A stretch of 64,000 nt of DNA from the NCBI GenBank assembly GCA_965223345.1, contig CBDCWG010000012.1, forward strand, positions 608,001 to 672,000, in the 5' to 3' direction. This stretch comes from Nitrospinales bacterium. Lineage in GTDB: Bacteria; Nitrospinota; Nitrospinia; Nitrospinales; VA-1. This document shows positions 30,939-42,491 of this stretch, one piece after another. The notes under the pieces were generated by a model, which had not been told where the DNA came from, made no database searches, and was given only the letters and a program-made list of their open reading frames with translations. A program made the position numbers and the translations under genes. How positions within the stretch are numbered: position 1 is the first letter of the stretch; every line of letters starts with the position of its first letter.

Positions 30939-32069
30939 TCAGATGATCTCCAGCTCGGCGTGCAGGGCTCCGGCCACTTTGATGGCCTGCAGGATGGCGA
31001 TGAGATCGCGCGGGGTCACGCCGATGGCGTTGAGGCCGTTGACCACCTCTCCCAGCGAAACCCCCTTGGGGACGACGAGCAGCCGGTCCTCGCCTTCCTT
31101 GACGCGCAGACGCGTGCGGGGCACCACGACGGTCTCGCCGCGCGGCGACAACGGCGACGGCTGGGAGACGGTGGGTTCCTCGGTGATCTGGATGAACAGG
31201 TTGCCGTGCGCGACGGCGACGGCAGAGATCTTCACGTTTTCGCCCATGACGATGGTGCCGGTGCGCTCGTCGAGGATCACGCGCGCCACGGTGTCCGGCT
31301 CCACATTGAGCGATTCGATGCGGGTGACGAACTGCGAGGTGCGGTCCTTGTAGAACGGCGGCACGGCGACGCGGATGGTGCGCCCGTCCACGGTGCTGGC
31401 CAGCATGTCCTTGAGCGTGTCGTTGATGACCTGGGCCAGGCGGCTGGCGGTGGTGAAATCGGTTTTCTTGAGGGTGAGGAAAATCTCCTCCTTGGAATTG
31501 AAATCGTTGGGCAGCTCGCGCTCGATGAACGCGCCATTGGCGATGCGGCCGACCGTAAGGTGGTTTTTCTGCACGCCGCGCGCCTGCCCCTGCACCGAAA
31601 AGCCGCCGATCGACAGCGCCCCCTGAGCCACGGCGTAGGTCTTGCCGTCGGGGCCCTTGAGCGGGGTCATCAGCAGGGTGCCGCCCTGCAGGCTTTTCGC
31701 GTCCCCCATCGAGGAGACCATCACGTCGATCTTGTCGCCCTGGCGGGCGAAGGCGGGATAATCCGCCGTCACCATGACGGTGGCGACGTTTTTGAATTTC
31801 AACTGGTCCACTTCCGTATCGGGGACGGTGATCCCCATCTTGGTGAGCATGCTGACCAGGGTCTGGATGGAGAAAAACACGTTGGTGGCGCTGTCGCCGG
31901 TGCCCGCCAGACCAATGATGAGGCCGAAGCCGATCAGCTGGTTGCTGCGCACGCCGCGCACGCTGGTCAGATCCTTGATGCGCACGGCATACGCACTCTC
32001 GGCGGTGAACACGAAAATCAGACAGAACAGCAGCACTTTCATGCGGACGGACGCGGACATCGAATGCAT
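30939..32069 (-). CDS. flgI: Flagellar P-ring protein
   Basis: RIKD..GVRSNQLIGFGL..GLAGTGD and DAKSLQGGTLL motifs; start codon uncertain. Confidence 0.96.
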   Translation of the reverse strand: MHSMSASVRMKVLLFCLIFVFTAESAYAVRIKDLTSVRGVRSNQLIGFGLIIGLAGTGDSATNVFFSIQTLVSMLTKMGITVPDTEVDQLKFKNVATVMVTADYPAFARQGDKIDVMVSSMGDAKSLQGGTLLMTPLKGPDGKTYAVAQGALSIGGFSVQGQARGVQKNHLTVGRIANGAFIERELPNDFNSKEEIFLTLKKTDFTTASRLAQVINDTLKDMLASTVDGRTIRVAVPPFYKDRTSQFVTRIESLNVEPDTVARVILDERTGTIVMGENVKISAVAVAHGNLFIQITEEPTVSQPSPLSPRGETVVVPRTRLRVKEGEDRLLVVPKGVSLGEVVNGLNAIGVTPRDLIAILQAIKVAGALHAELEII

Positions 32070-32105
32070 TCTCCTGAAAAAATGGAAACGGGAATCACGA
32101 AAGCG

Positions 32106-32843
32106 CTAAAACGGCCACACGAACGTGAGGATGCGCGTGAGCCAGCCCACGCGCTGTTCGTCGGCCACGACCCCTTCCCCGGTGTACGTGATCGACGCGT
32201 TGGCGATGTAACGGGACGAGACGGTGTTGTCGAAATCGATGTCCACCTCGCGCACGATGCCCCGCAGCACCACGATCTGCTCTTCGTGGTTGACGGTGAC
32301 CGAACGGCGGCCCTCGATGGCGAGGTTGCCGTTGGGAAGCTTATCCACCACCATGGCGGAGACGCGTGCGGACAAGCTGCCGGCGCGCGTGGTCGTGCCG
32401 CTGCCCTGGTTGCTGCGGCTCAACGAGGCGGCGACGCGCGGATCGAAGGGATCGGCGGAGCCGAGGAAATTCGAGATCCCGAGCGAGCGGTCGATGCCGA
32501 ACAGGCTCTGCCAGTCCATCTCCAGGTCGGAGTCTTTCGAGGTGTCGGTGGTGGCGCTCTGCGACGAGGTGGCGCTCTCATCGACCACAACGGTGACAAT
32601 GTCGCCGACGTTGCGCGCCTTGGCGTCGATGAAAAACAGATTGTCCGCGGTGTCTCCCGGCCACATGGCGCCGTCGGCGCGTTGTGGCGGCGGCAATTCG
32701 TACAGCCGTTCCGGGATCATCGGCTCTTTGGCGGCCACGATGCCCTTTTTCTGGGCGCAGCCCACCGCGCCGATCGCAGCCCACAACAATATCAGAACCG
32801 TGCAGCCGCGCACCCTGCCCTTTTTTTTGCTCAAAAAGATCAA
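32106..32843 (-). CDS. flgH: Flagellar L-ring lipoprotein
   Basis: Lipobox AVGC; DAKARNVGDIVTV; LPNGNL.IEG. Confidence 0.95.
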   Translation of the reverse strand: MIFLSKKKGRVRGCTVLILLWAAIGAVGCAQKKGIVAAKEPMIPERLYELPPPQRADGAMWPGDTADNLFFIDAKARNVGDIVTVVVDESATSSQSATTDTSKDSDLEMDWQSLFGIDRSLGISNFLGSADPFDPRVAASLSRSNQGSGTTTRAGSLSARVSAMVVDKLPNGNLAIEGRRSVTVNHEEQIVVLRGIVREVDIDFDNTVSSRYIANASITYTGEGVVADEQRVGWLTRILTFVWPF

Positions 32844-32871
32844 TGCGAATTCCTTTGCGAGAGGATTGCTG

Positions 32872-33618
32872 TCAAAAGTTCACTTTCACGGTGTTGGCGT
32901 CCACCACACGGGCGTACACCATTTTCTTGGTCTGGATGTTCAGCACCTGCACCAAGCTGTCCTTGAACCCCGGGGCGCGCACGATGCCCGGCGCGGTGAT
33001 CTTCATCATGCCCTTTTCGGCGACGATGATCACCTGATCGCCCTTGTCCACCAGCGGCGGGCGCTTGAGCGAATTCAGCGGGATCATCCGCCCCTTGGAA
33101 AGGGTGCGCTGCGCCTCCAGACCCACCACATCCTCCAGCCGCGTTGCGATGCGGCGCACGGGACGGTCGAATTTCATGGTCTCGACGCGCACGTCCTCTT
33201 CGGTGAGGATGTCGCCGCGCTTCACCCGGTGCCGGGTCCAGATCACATCGCGGTACGCGGTCAGCCGCGCTTCCAGACGCACCCGGCGTTGATACTTGCC
33301 GCCCACCTTCACGTTCAAACTCAAAGGAACGCGCCCGACGTTCAACCCGTTCACCGGCAGACGAAAATCGTAGTCCACTTTTCCCTTCGGCAGGACCAGA
33401 TCGGAGCCTTCGTAACGCACGGTCGGCTCCAGCGTGTCGTCTTCATCGATGAGGTGGCTGTGCAGAAATTCCAGCGCCTTGCTTTCGATGACTTCGCCCG
33501 TCACGCGCTGGGTGCCTGCGGCGTGCACCGTTTCAAACGTTGCAAGCGTGAGGATGCCGAACAGCACAACCGCCACAAGGCGTGCGGGCGTTTGCTTTCT
33601 ATTGGTAAGGTAGATCAT
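32872..33618 (-). CDS. flgA: P-ring formation chaperone
   Basis: Signal peptide; SAF-like C-terminus (P.LVDKGD.V); lies between flgG and flgH. Confidence 0.88.
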   Translation of the reverse strand: MIYLTNRKQTPARLVAVVLFGILTLATFETVHAAGTQRVTGEVIESKALEFLHSHLIDEDDTLEPTVRYEGSDLVLPKGKVDYDFRLPVNGLNVGRVPLSLNVKVGGKYQRRVRLEARLTAYRDVIWTRHRVKRGDILTEEDVRVETMKFDRPVRRIATRLEDVVGLEAQRTLSKGRMIPLNSLKRPPLVDKGDQVIIVAEKGMMKITAPGIVRAPGFKDSLVQVLNIQTKKMVYARVVDANTVKVNF

Positions 33619-33630
33619 GGCGGGTCCCGG

Positions 33631-34419
33631 TTACCGTTTCATGTTGTTCGCGATCTGCAACATTTCGTCTGAAGTCTGAACGGTGCGCGAATTGACTTCG
33701 TAGGCGCGCTGCGCGGAGATGAGGTTCACCAGTTCTTCGACGACGCTGACGTTGGAGAGTTCCAGAAAACCCTGCTGCAGCGTGCCGCGGTCGTCGATGC
33801 CCGGACTGCCGATGGCGGGCGTTCCGGAGGCGTCGGTTTCGATGAACAGGTTGAAGCCTTCCGCCTGCAAGCCCGCTTCGTTCTGGAACGTGGCGAGCTG
33901 AATGGTGCCCACGACGGTGGGGGCGGTGGCGCCGGGCTGCGTGACCGAGATGCTGCCCTGGGGATCGATGGAGATCGTGAGCGCGTCCGGCGGGATGGTC
34001 AATGCCGGTTCAAGAGGTAAGCCGTCCGCGGTCACGACCTGTCCGGAGTTGTCGAGCTTGAAGGAACCCGCCCGCGTGTACGCGGTGGTGCCGTCGGCGC
34101 GGGCCACCTGAAAGAAGCCGCGGCCCTGAATCGCGATGTCGAGGCTGTTCTGGGTCTGGGCGAAATCGCCCTGCAGAAAGAGCTTCTGGATGGCGGAGGT
34201 CTTGGCCCCGAGACCGAGCTGCGCGCCGGTGGGAACCTGATTGCCATTGGGAGACAGGGTGCCGACCAGCCGCAGGTTCTGATACAGGAGGTCCTGGAAC
34301 TCGGGGCGGCTGCGCTTGAAACCCGCGGTGTTGACGTTGGCCAGGTTGTTGGAGATGACGCTGACGTTGAGCTCCTGGGCGTTCATGCCCGTCGCCGCGG
34401 TGTACAGGGATCGAATCAT
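33631..34419 (-). CDS. flgG: Flagellar distal rod protein
   Basis: [20 protein letters not shown] and LELSNV..VEELV..QRAYE motifs. Confidence 0.96.
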   Translation of the reverse strand: MIRSLYTAATGMNAQELNVSVISNNLANVNTAGFKRSRPEFQDLLYQNLRLVGTLSPNGNQVPTGAQLGLGAKTSAIQKLFLQGDFAQTQNSLDIAIQGRGFFQVARADGTTAYTRAGSFKLDNSGQVVTADGLPLEPALTIPPDALTISIDPQGSISVTQPGATAPTVVGTIQLATFQNEAGLQAEGFNLFIETDASGTPAIGSPGIDDRGTLQQGFLELSNVSVVEELVNLISAQRAYEVNSRTVQTSDEMLQIANNMKR

Positions 34420-34476
34420 GGAAGCGTTCTCTTTCTAGATAAATGGAATGGAGCCGATGGGGTTGGGGCGCAAACG

Positions 34477-35262
34477 TCAGCCCACCCGGCCCAGGCTGTT
34501 CACCACCTGGTCGTCGGCTTCGTCGATGGACTGGATCACCTTCTGATACGCTTCAAACGCGCGCAGGGTGATGATCATCTGGGTCATCTCTTCCACCGAG
34601 TTCACGTTCGAGGTCTCCAGAAACCCCTGGGAGACCACCACCTGCTCCGGTTTTCCGGGTTTCGCGTTCGAGCTGAACAGACCGTCGCCCTCTTTCGAGA
34701 GCACCGACGGGTCTTTAAAGTCAGCGAGCTGCAATTTCCCCAACGGCTGGTTGGACAATCCTTTGCCGATGGATACGTTGCCCAGGGCATCGATGGTGAT
34801 CGTGCCGCCCTGGGAGGAATCGATTTTGATGGGTTTGCCGTTGTCGGCGAGGACCTTGTAGCCTTCCTGGGTGGCCAGAAACGCGTCGGGACTGAGCTTG
34901 AAGTTGCCGTTGCGCGTGTAACGGTTGCCCTGCGGCGTCTCGACGACGAAATAGCCTTCGCCTTCGAGTGCGATGTCCAGCGCGTTGCCGGTCTGTCTCA
35001 GGGTGCCCTGGCCGGTGTCGGTGAAAAAATCGGTGATGCCGACGTAGGAAGCGTCAAAAGCGGGCTGAGTTCCGGGAACCGGAACGTTGAGCCCCTGACC
35101 GGGACTGGCGGCGGCGTTGAAGGGCGGGATCATTTCGCGAAACACCATGCCGTCCCGCTTGAAACCCATGTTGCCCAGATTCGCCAGGTTGTTGGCGATG
35201 GTCTGCATCTTGCGTTCCTGTTTGAACGCTCCCGACGCAGCGATGTAAATGCCTTCCTGCAT
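34477..35262 (-). CDS. flgF: Flagellar proximal rod protein
   Basis: ANNLAN..GFK, YTRNGNF, GFLETSNVN motifs; upstream of flgG. Confidence 0.9.
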   Translation of the reverse strand: MQEGIYIAASGAFKQERKMQTIANNLANLGNMGFKRDGMVFREMIPPFNAAASPGQGLNVPVPGTQPAFDASYVGITDFFTDTGQGTLRQTGNALDIALEGEGYFVVETPQGNRYTRNGNFKLSPDAFLATQEGYKVLADNGKPIKIDSSQGGTITIDALGNVSIGKGLSNQPLGKLQLADFKDPSVLSKEGDGLFSSNAKPGKPEQVVVSQGFLETSNVNSVEEMTQMIITLRAFEAYQKVIQSIDEADDQVVNSLGRVG

Positions 35263-35289
35263 GTGCACCTCCCTCGTTCGCTCTCATCA

Positions 35290-35305
35290 AGCAAACTCTA
35301 TACCA
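35290..35305 (-). promoter_or_regulatory. Putative sigma54 promoter for flgFGAHI
   Basis: Minus strand TGGTATAGAGTTTGCT (GG-N10-GC), about 28 bp upstream of flgF. Confidence 0.7.
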
Positions 35306-35594
35306 AAGACTTTGATTTACCCGGACTTGCCGCCGCAAGGGGAAAACTCGCGTCCGCCAGCGTTTGCCGCAAAAAACAAAAATGTGATCCAGGATGCAAA
35401 ATTTTCCGCAAGCGCAGACGATCCCGGAACTTTATTCCCCATGCACGCGGCCAACAAAATTCAATGACAGGGACACGCGGACCGGTCCCGAATCGCCGGC
35501 CTTGTTTTTTATGACCGTGGTATAATTGCAAACTCGATCCCGTATGCAACGGCTTGATTCATTCAGACTCCATGCTCATTTTGAGGATTTAACC

Positions 35595-35912
35595 ATGAAG
35601 ACGATTTCAATCGATGAATTGCACGACGCGCTGCCCAACCTGAAAGAAAACGATCTCATCCTCGACGTGCGTTCGCCCGCCGAATTTCGGGAAGGTCACA
35701 TTGCCGGCGCACGCAACGTCGGCCATGAAGACGTGGGCTCCATCGCCGACGAGTTGAAAAAACACGACACGGTCTACGTGCACTGCAAAATGGGCGGGCG
35801 CGCGAAACTGGCGTCCGAGATCCTGACCCAATCCGGTCTCGACAACATCGTGTGTGTCGGCGATGGCGGCATGCACAAATGGATGGAACAGGGCTGGCCC
35901 GTCGAAAAATAA
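35595..35912 (+). CDS. Rhodanese-like protein
   Basis: LDVRSPAEFREGHIAGA; active-site loop HCKMGGR. Confidence 0.92.
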   Translation: MKTISIDELHDALPNLKENDLILDVRSPAEFREGHIAGARNVGHEDVGSIADELKKHDTVYVHCKMGGRAKLASEILTQSGLDNIVCVGDGGMHKWMEQGWPVEK

Positions 35913-35931
35913 TCACCGAGCCGCATCCCGC

Positions 35932-35968
35932 AGGGGGAACTCCGCAAACGCAAGGGGTTCCCCTTTTT
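35932..35968 (+). terminator. Rho-independent terminator
   Basis: GGGGAAC..GTTCCCC stem followed by a T run. Confidence 0.65.
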
Positions 35969-36147
35969 CATGCCGACCGTTCGTCTGCGCCCGGCGCTCG
36001 CAACGCTGAAACATTTTGATTCAACGGAGCGAAAAGCCGTATACTGTGGTTTGTGAGGCCGCTCACATTTCTCCTGGGGCCAGAACGTTTCACTTCGGGA
36101 GCGGAGTGAGAACGAAGCCTCGATTCGCTTGCGCTGAACGGGAGACC

Positions 36148-37554
36148 GTGGACAACGTCCCCGCGTCTGTATTCGTTTCCTTACGAGCTATGGACCCTAG
36201 AAAACCCCTGTCCCTGCTGATTTCCGCATTTCCTTTCGTCTATTTCACCGAGTCGTTTTCCGACCCGCGTGAGTTCGGCAATGCGCGGGTCGAGTATTAC
36301 AAGAACGCGCTGGCGCCTCAGGGAAAACCGGACTGCAAACCGACGGCGGATGAACTGCTGCGCGACCTGTTTGCCTCGGAAGAGGAACTGAAAGCGTTTT
36401 ACTCGATTCTCCTGAAGGAAGGACGGGTCGAAGACAGAGAGTTCCGTCTCAAGGACCAGGACACCGCCCGCATATCGAGCCGCATCACCCGCATGAAACC
36501 GGGGTCGTATTGTCTGCAGGGTTATTTTGCCGGCACCACACGGCATCAGGCGCCCCCCTCTCCCGTAGCAAAGACGGAAACCCTCCACCCTTTGCCGGCA
36601 CAGGATGACGAGAAGCAGGAGAGCGACGGGATCCTCGGAACCTCCCGCGCCATCGAAAAGGTGGTGGCGGCGGTCGCCAAAATCGGTCCGCTGGACACGC
36701 CGGTGCTGCTGGAAGGCGAGCCGGGCTGCGGAAAAAAACACATCGCCCAGGTCATTCACCGCACGAGCCCGCGCGCCGAACGGCCGTTTGTGACGGTGAA
36801 CTGCGACGCATTGTCCGAAACGCTGCTCGATTCGGAGCTGTTCGGCCACACTGAGGGCGCGTTCGCCGGAGCGGAGCACGAATCGGTGGGCCTCATCGAA
36901 AAGGCGGAGGGCGGCACGCTCTACCTCGAGGAACTGGGCGCCCTGCCGATGAGCGTTCAGTACAAACTGCTGCGCCTGTTGCAGGAAGGGGAAATCATGC
37001 CGCTGGGGAGCATGAAAAGCCTGGAGGCGGATGTGCGCCTGATCGCGGGCTGCGACGGCGGGCTGGAAAAACAGGTGGCGGACAAAACCTTCAATGAAGA
37101 GCTGCACCGCCGCATGCAACTGTTCGCGCTCAAAATCCCGCCCCTCCGGGAGCGGGAGGACGACGTGCTCCTGCTGGCCGATCATTTTCTGCAGCAATCC
37201 GGCGCCCCCAACCCGCCCGCACTGTCCCGGTCCGCAGCGCTGGCTTTGAAGGGGCAGCGCTGGCCGGGCAACATCCGCGAGTTGAAGGGGGTGGTGCAGC
37301 GGGCGGCGCTGCTGTGTGAGGGCGGACTGCTGACCGAGGACCACCTGCCCCTCCCGGGCCCTGTGAAAACGGCGGCCCCCCCGGTGGCAGAGCCTCCTTC
37401 CGGGTCGCCACCCAAGGATGCGGGGATGCGGCAGCGGATTCTCGACTGCCTGGAAAAAAACCGCTGGAACAAGACCCAGACCGCCCGGGACCTCAATATC
37501 TCGCGGGCGACGCTGTGGCGCAGGATCAAGGAATTTTCCATCTCTTCTTCCTGA
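36148..37554 (+). CDS. Atypical sigma54-activator-family (bEBP) AAA+ regulator with a Fis-type HTH
   Basis: VNC, SELFGH, WPGNIREL and NKTQTARDLNISRATLWR present; several catalytic motifs altered; start uncertain (36148 or 36190). Confidence 0.85.
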   Translation: MDNVPASVFVSLRAMDPRKPLSLLISAFPFVYFTESFSDPREFGNARVEYYKNALAPQGKPDCKPTADELLRDLFASEEELKAFYSILLKEGRVEDREFRLKDQDTARISSRITRMKPGSYCLQGYFAGTTRHQAPPSPVAKTETLHPLPAQDDEKQESDGILGTSRAIEKVVAAVAKIGPLDTPVLLEGEPGCGKKHIAQVIHRTSPRAERPFVTVNCDALSETLLDSELFGHTEGAFAGAEHESVGLIEKAEGGTLYLEELGALPMSVQYKLLRLLQEGEIMPLGSMKSLEADVRLIAGCDGGLEKQVADKTFNEELHRRMQLFALKIPPLREREDDVLLLADHFLQQSGAPNPPALSRSAALALKGQRWPGNIRELKGVVQRAALLCEGGLLTEDHLPLPGPVKTAAPPVAEPPSGSPPKDAGMRQRILDCLEKNRWNKTQTARDLNISRATLWRRIKEFSISSS

Positions 37555-37732
37555 GTTCTCAGGTTTACGGCTTTTTTTTCAATCCTTCCGATTCGATGGA
37601 AACCTTCCGGAGCCTATGGTAGAATCCCCAGCTTGATGACAGCCTATCCGGATACCGTGCCATCGACAGCGAGCCATTCAGGGCGAACGGTGAAAATGGC
37701 GTCCGGGAACGCCCCGGTTGAGAAACGCCCTT

Positions 37733-38217
37733 ATGGAAAACAAACGCATCGCCATTTACCCCGGCACTTTCGACCCGGTGACCAACGGCCACATCGACAT
37801 CATGCGCCGGGCGATCCGTTTGTTCGACCGCCTGGTGGTGGCGGTCGCGCTCAATCCCGGCAAGGGCCCGCTGTTTTCGCAGGACGAGCGGGTGGCTTTC
37901 ATCCGCGAGGCGCTCAACGACACCGGCAATGTGGAAGTGGTGCCGTTCAACAGCCTGTTGACGCATTTCGCCCATTCCAAGGGGGCGACGGTCATCATCA
38001 AGGGACTGCGTGCGGTCTCGGATTTCGAGTTCGAGCTGCAGATGGGCCTGATGAACCGCAACCTCGATGAAACGCTGGAAACTCTGTTCATGATTCCGAG
38101 CCAGGAGTATTCGTTTTTGAGTTCCAACCTGGTCAAAGAGATCGCACGCCACGGCGGGGAAATCTCCAACCTGGTTCCGCCGGGTGTGCAAAAAAGATTC
38201 GAAGAACGCTCACCACA

Positions 38218-38221
<4 letters not shown>
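37733..38221 (+). CDS. coaD: Phosphopantetheine adenylyltransferase
   Basis: YPGTFDPVTNGHIDI and GLRAVSDFEFELQM motifs. Confidence 0.97.
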
Positions 38222-39411
<1,190 letters not shown>

Positions 39412-39478
39412 AACTCAAAGGACGGCTGTGGCCAAACCGGGGAACCGGGTGCGTGGAAAAGGGAAGATGTTATGCGAA

Positions 39479-39718
39479 TCAGTGGGTTGTGGGCTGGACG
39501 TTCTGCTTCTGACTTCTCTTGTAATCGAGGACTCTCTGCTCGATGTTGGAGCGGCAGCGTTTCGCCTTGCAGTTGCCGGTTCCGACACCGATTTTCCGCC
39601 TGAGGGCCTCAAATGACAGACAGCCCCCCCGGATGGCCTGCATGATGGTGCCTGCCTTGATGCTTCTGCAGATGCAGACTTTCTTAAAATTATCTATTAA
39701 TTCCTTTTGAGAGCTCAA
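39479..39718 (-). CDS. BFD-like [2Fe-2S]-binding protein
   Basis: VCIC..GTGNCKAKRC. Confidence 0.75.
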   Translation of the reverse strand: MSSQKELIDNFKKVCICRSIKAGTIMQAIRGGCLSFEALRRKIGVGTGNCKAKRCRSNIEQRVLDYKRSQKQNVQPTTH

Positions 39719-39788
39719 AGCCGTTCCGGGGTTCAGGTTATCTTTCCCTTATGACTTCCACTATAAACCATGTTCGACCGAAAACCCA

Positions 39789-41375
39789 GTGCAAACCCTT
39801 AAAAATATGCGGTTTTGGATCTTATCGACCCTGACCGGCCTGGCTTTAATCCTTGTATTCCCTAGGTTTGACCTGAGTTTTCTGGCCTGGTTCGCGCTCG
39901 TGCCGCTGTTTTTCGCCCTGTGGGGGCAACCGGCCCGCAGGGTGGCCCTGGGAGGGTTCTGGGCGGGGTTCGTGTTCTATTTTTTCGGGCTCAACTGGGT
40001 CACCAACACCCTGTCGAATTATGGGAACATTCCCCTTGTTTTGAGCTATTTGATCCTCGCCCTGCTCGCCGCTTATCTCGCTTTTTACTTTTCCGTGTTC
40101 TGTGTGCTGTCGCTGCGTTTCTGCCGCGGCCAGCCGCTGCTTTTTTTCCTGCTGACGCCGGCGCTCTGGACCTCGCTGGAATGGCTGCGCTCAACCCATT
40201 TGAAATACGGCTTTTCCTGGCTCGGCCTCGGATATTCGCAGGTGCCCTTCCCGTCGCTGATCCAGATCGCAGAAATCACAGGGATCTATGGCGTGTCGGC
40301 GTTGATCGTGGCGGTCAACTCGGCTGTGTTTCTGGCCCTGAAGGAGGGGCTCGAGCGCGATCCGGACACGCCCTTTCTGCGCGGACAGGGGGCGCGCATC
40401 CTCGCGGTGGCGCTGTTGCTGTTCGGGGGTTTCTGGGGCTACGGCACGGCGGCGCTCAAACGCTGGGAGGGTTTCGCATCGGGCAAGGCGACGCTGACCG
40501 TGGGACTGGCGCAGGGGAACATCGACCAGGCCATCAAATGGAACCCGCTGTTTCAGGACCAGGTTCTGAACACCTACAAAAACCTGACGCTGGAAGCGGC
40601 GCGCTCGGATCCGGACCTGATCGTGTGGCCGGAAGCGGCGATTCCGTTTTTCTACCCGCTCGACCGGGAAAGCTCGGCGGTGCTGGAAGCCATCGTGGAT
40701 GATGCCGGGGTTCCGCTGTTGTTCGGCAGCCCGTTCAAAACCGACGGGGCAGACGGGACGGTGCTGTTCAACAGCGCCTACCTGCTCTCGCCGCAAAGCC
40801 GGATCGGCGGCCGCTACGACAAGCGGCACCTGGTGCCGTTCGGCGAGTTCGTGCCGTTTCAGAACGTGCTGTGGTTCGTGGAAAAAATGGTGGAGGGCGT
40901 CGGCAATTTCGGCCGCGGCGAAGACATGACCCTGTTCGACCTTGAGCAGCACCGCTTCGGGGTGTCGATCTGTTTTGAGATCACCTTTCCGGACCTGGTA
41001 CGGCAACCGGTGAAACAGGGCGCGCATTTTCTGGTCAACATCACCAACGACGCCTGGTTCGGCAAAAGCGCCGCTTCCTACCAGCACATGGCGATGGCGG
41101 CGATGCGCGCGGTGGAGAACCGCGTGCCCATCGTGCGCGCCGCCAACACAGGCGTGACCGGGACGATCGATCCGACTGGCCGGATGCGCGAGAGAACGGA
41201 ACTGTTCACCAAAGCGCTGGTCGTGACCGGCATCGTTCCCAATGAAGGTGGGCGCACGGTTTATTCACGTTACGGCGACGTGTTCAGCCACGCCTGCCTC
41301 GCCGTCACGGTTTTTCTGATCGCGCTGCGCAAACGGCTGTTTCCCGCTGCGCCGGAGACCGCTCCGCTCACCTAG
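39789..41375 (+). CDS. lnt: Apolipoprotein N-acyltransferase
   Basis: QGNI, WPEAA, YDKRHLVPFGEFVP, ICFE, TNDAWF, ANTG motifs. Confidence 0.96.
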   Translation: MQTLKNMRFWILSTLTGLALILVFPRFDLSFLAWFALVPLFFALWGQPARRVALGGFWAGFVFYFFGLNWVTNTLSNYGNIPLVLSYLILALLAAYLAFYFSVFCVLSLRFCRGQPLLFFLLTPALWTSLEWLRSTHLKYGFSWLGLGYSQVPFPSLIQIAEITGIYGVSALIVAVNSAVFLALKEGLERDPDTPFLRGQGARILAVALLLFGGFWGYGTAALKRWEGFASGKATLTVGLAQGNIDQAIKWNPLFQDQVLNTYKNLTLEAARSDPDLIVWPEAAIPFFYPLDRESSAVLEAIVDDAGVPLLFGSPFKTDGADGTVLFNSAYLLSPQSRIGGRYDKRHLVPFGEFVPFQNVLWFVEKMVEGVGNFGRGEDMTLFDLEQHRFGVSICFEITFPDLVRQPVKQGAHFLVNITNDAWFGKSAASYQHMAMAAMRAVENRVPIVRAANTGVTGTIDPTGRMRERTELFTKALVVTGIVPNEGGRTVYSRYGDVFSHACLAVTVFLIALRKRLFPAAPETAPLT

Positions 41376-41388
41376 CGTGCGCGTTCGG

Positions 41389-42207
41389 TCACTGTGTGAC
41401 GATGTGCTTTAAAACCACCTCCACGTTTTCGTCTCCCGCCTGCACGATCTGCTGACCGACGATGTCCCCCGGACCGGCGCGGGCGTCGCCATCGCGGTCG
41501 ATGCGGGCGGTCAGCGACATCGTGCCGGTGAATTCGGCGCCCGGCATCATCACATCCTGCGTTCCCAGTGAGAAGTTATGCGGAAACTCGACCGCCTCCA
41601 GCCTTTTCACGGCGATGGGAATCCCCTGTTCCTGCCCGTGCGCGCGGGCGATGAGAAACAGCTTCCAGTTGTCGGGCAGATCCTTGGCGACACTCGGGTC
41701 GAGACGCAGCGTGCCGGTGACGGAACTTTTTTTGCCTTCGACGATGCGGTTCAACACGATGTTCACCTGCTTGTCGCCGGCCTGCGCGACGATGTCGCCC
41801 TCGATGTCTCCGGGCGAGGCCTTGGCGTTGCCGTCCTGATCCAGCCGGGCGGTGATGCGGATGCTGCCGTCGAACTGATTTCCCTCAAGCATCACGTCCG
41901 CGGGACCGATAGAATAGTCAAAGGGGAGTTGCACCCGGCTGTGCCGTCTGGCGGCAAGCGGCGGTCCTCCCTCTACGCCCTCGGGCCGGGCGATGATGAA
42001 CAGCCGCGCCTGATCCGGCAGGGCGTTTTCGTGCTCCGCAGCAAGCGTGACGGTGCCTGAAATCACTTTCGCCTTGAGGGCGGGATCGTTCTGCTTGATG
42101 ATTTTCTGCTTCATGCTCTGCGGCAGCGGGTGTTCCTTGAGCTCCTTCTCGCAGCCCAAAAGAAGAGGGACCCACAACCCGGCAATCAGTAAGGCTCGCT
42201 TTTTCAA
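41389..42207 (-). CDS. Lipoprotein with two CcmI/CycH C-terminal-like domains
   Basis: TTG start after GGAG; lipobox LLGC; duplicated domain GT..L..LF.IAR..P.A..R..P..ARxD.DG.A..PGD. Confidence 0.7.
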   Translation of the reverse strand: MKKRALLIAGLWVPLLLGCEKELKEHPLPQSMKQKIIKQNDPALKAKVISGTVTLAAEHENALPDQARLFIIARPEGVEGGPPLAARRHSRVQLPFDYSIGPADVMLEGNQFDGSIRITARLDQDGNAKASPGDIEGDIVAQAGDKQVNIVLNRIVEGKKSSVTGTLRLDPSVAKDLPDNWKLFLIARAHGQEQGIPIAVKRLEAVEFPHNFSLGTQDVMMPGAEFTGTMSLTARIDRDGDARAGPGDIVGQQIVQAGDENVEVVLKHIVTQ

Positions 42208-42491
42208 TAGATTTCTCCGACTTTCGATGAGATTGCAGAAATTGAAACCATTTGCTTTCCCAAACATCCTAATAACAGAGCGTCCCTTGACGGCGACTGT
42301 GCCCAAAAGGACGCACACAGCAAGGATGACTTTGGAAATCGCAAGGTTTCGCCCGGCGCCCGTCCAAGCCCGGGATTTCAACCGGTTCATTCCTATGATA
42401 CCCCAAAGTATCAAGCACTCAAACCGCGACGGAACGAATCATCCTGGTTTTATTTCTGCATCTGGATTCGGGGGGCGCGGAGGAAAATTCT

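Noticed and set aside
26418..33672. Long plus-strand ORFs (605, 760 and 482 aa) opposite the flagellar genes
   Set aside because: Antisense shadows expected in GC-rich coding DNA; no motifs. The same applies to shadows over argH, parAB, etf and the GGDEF gene.
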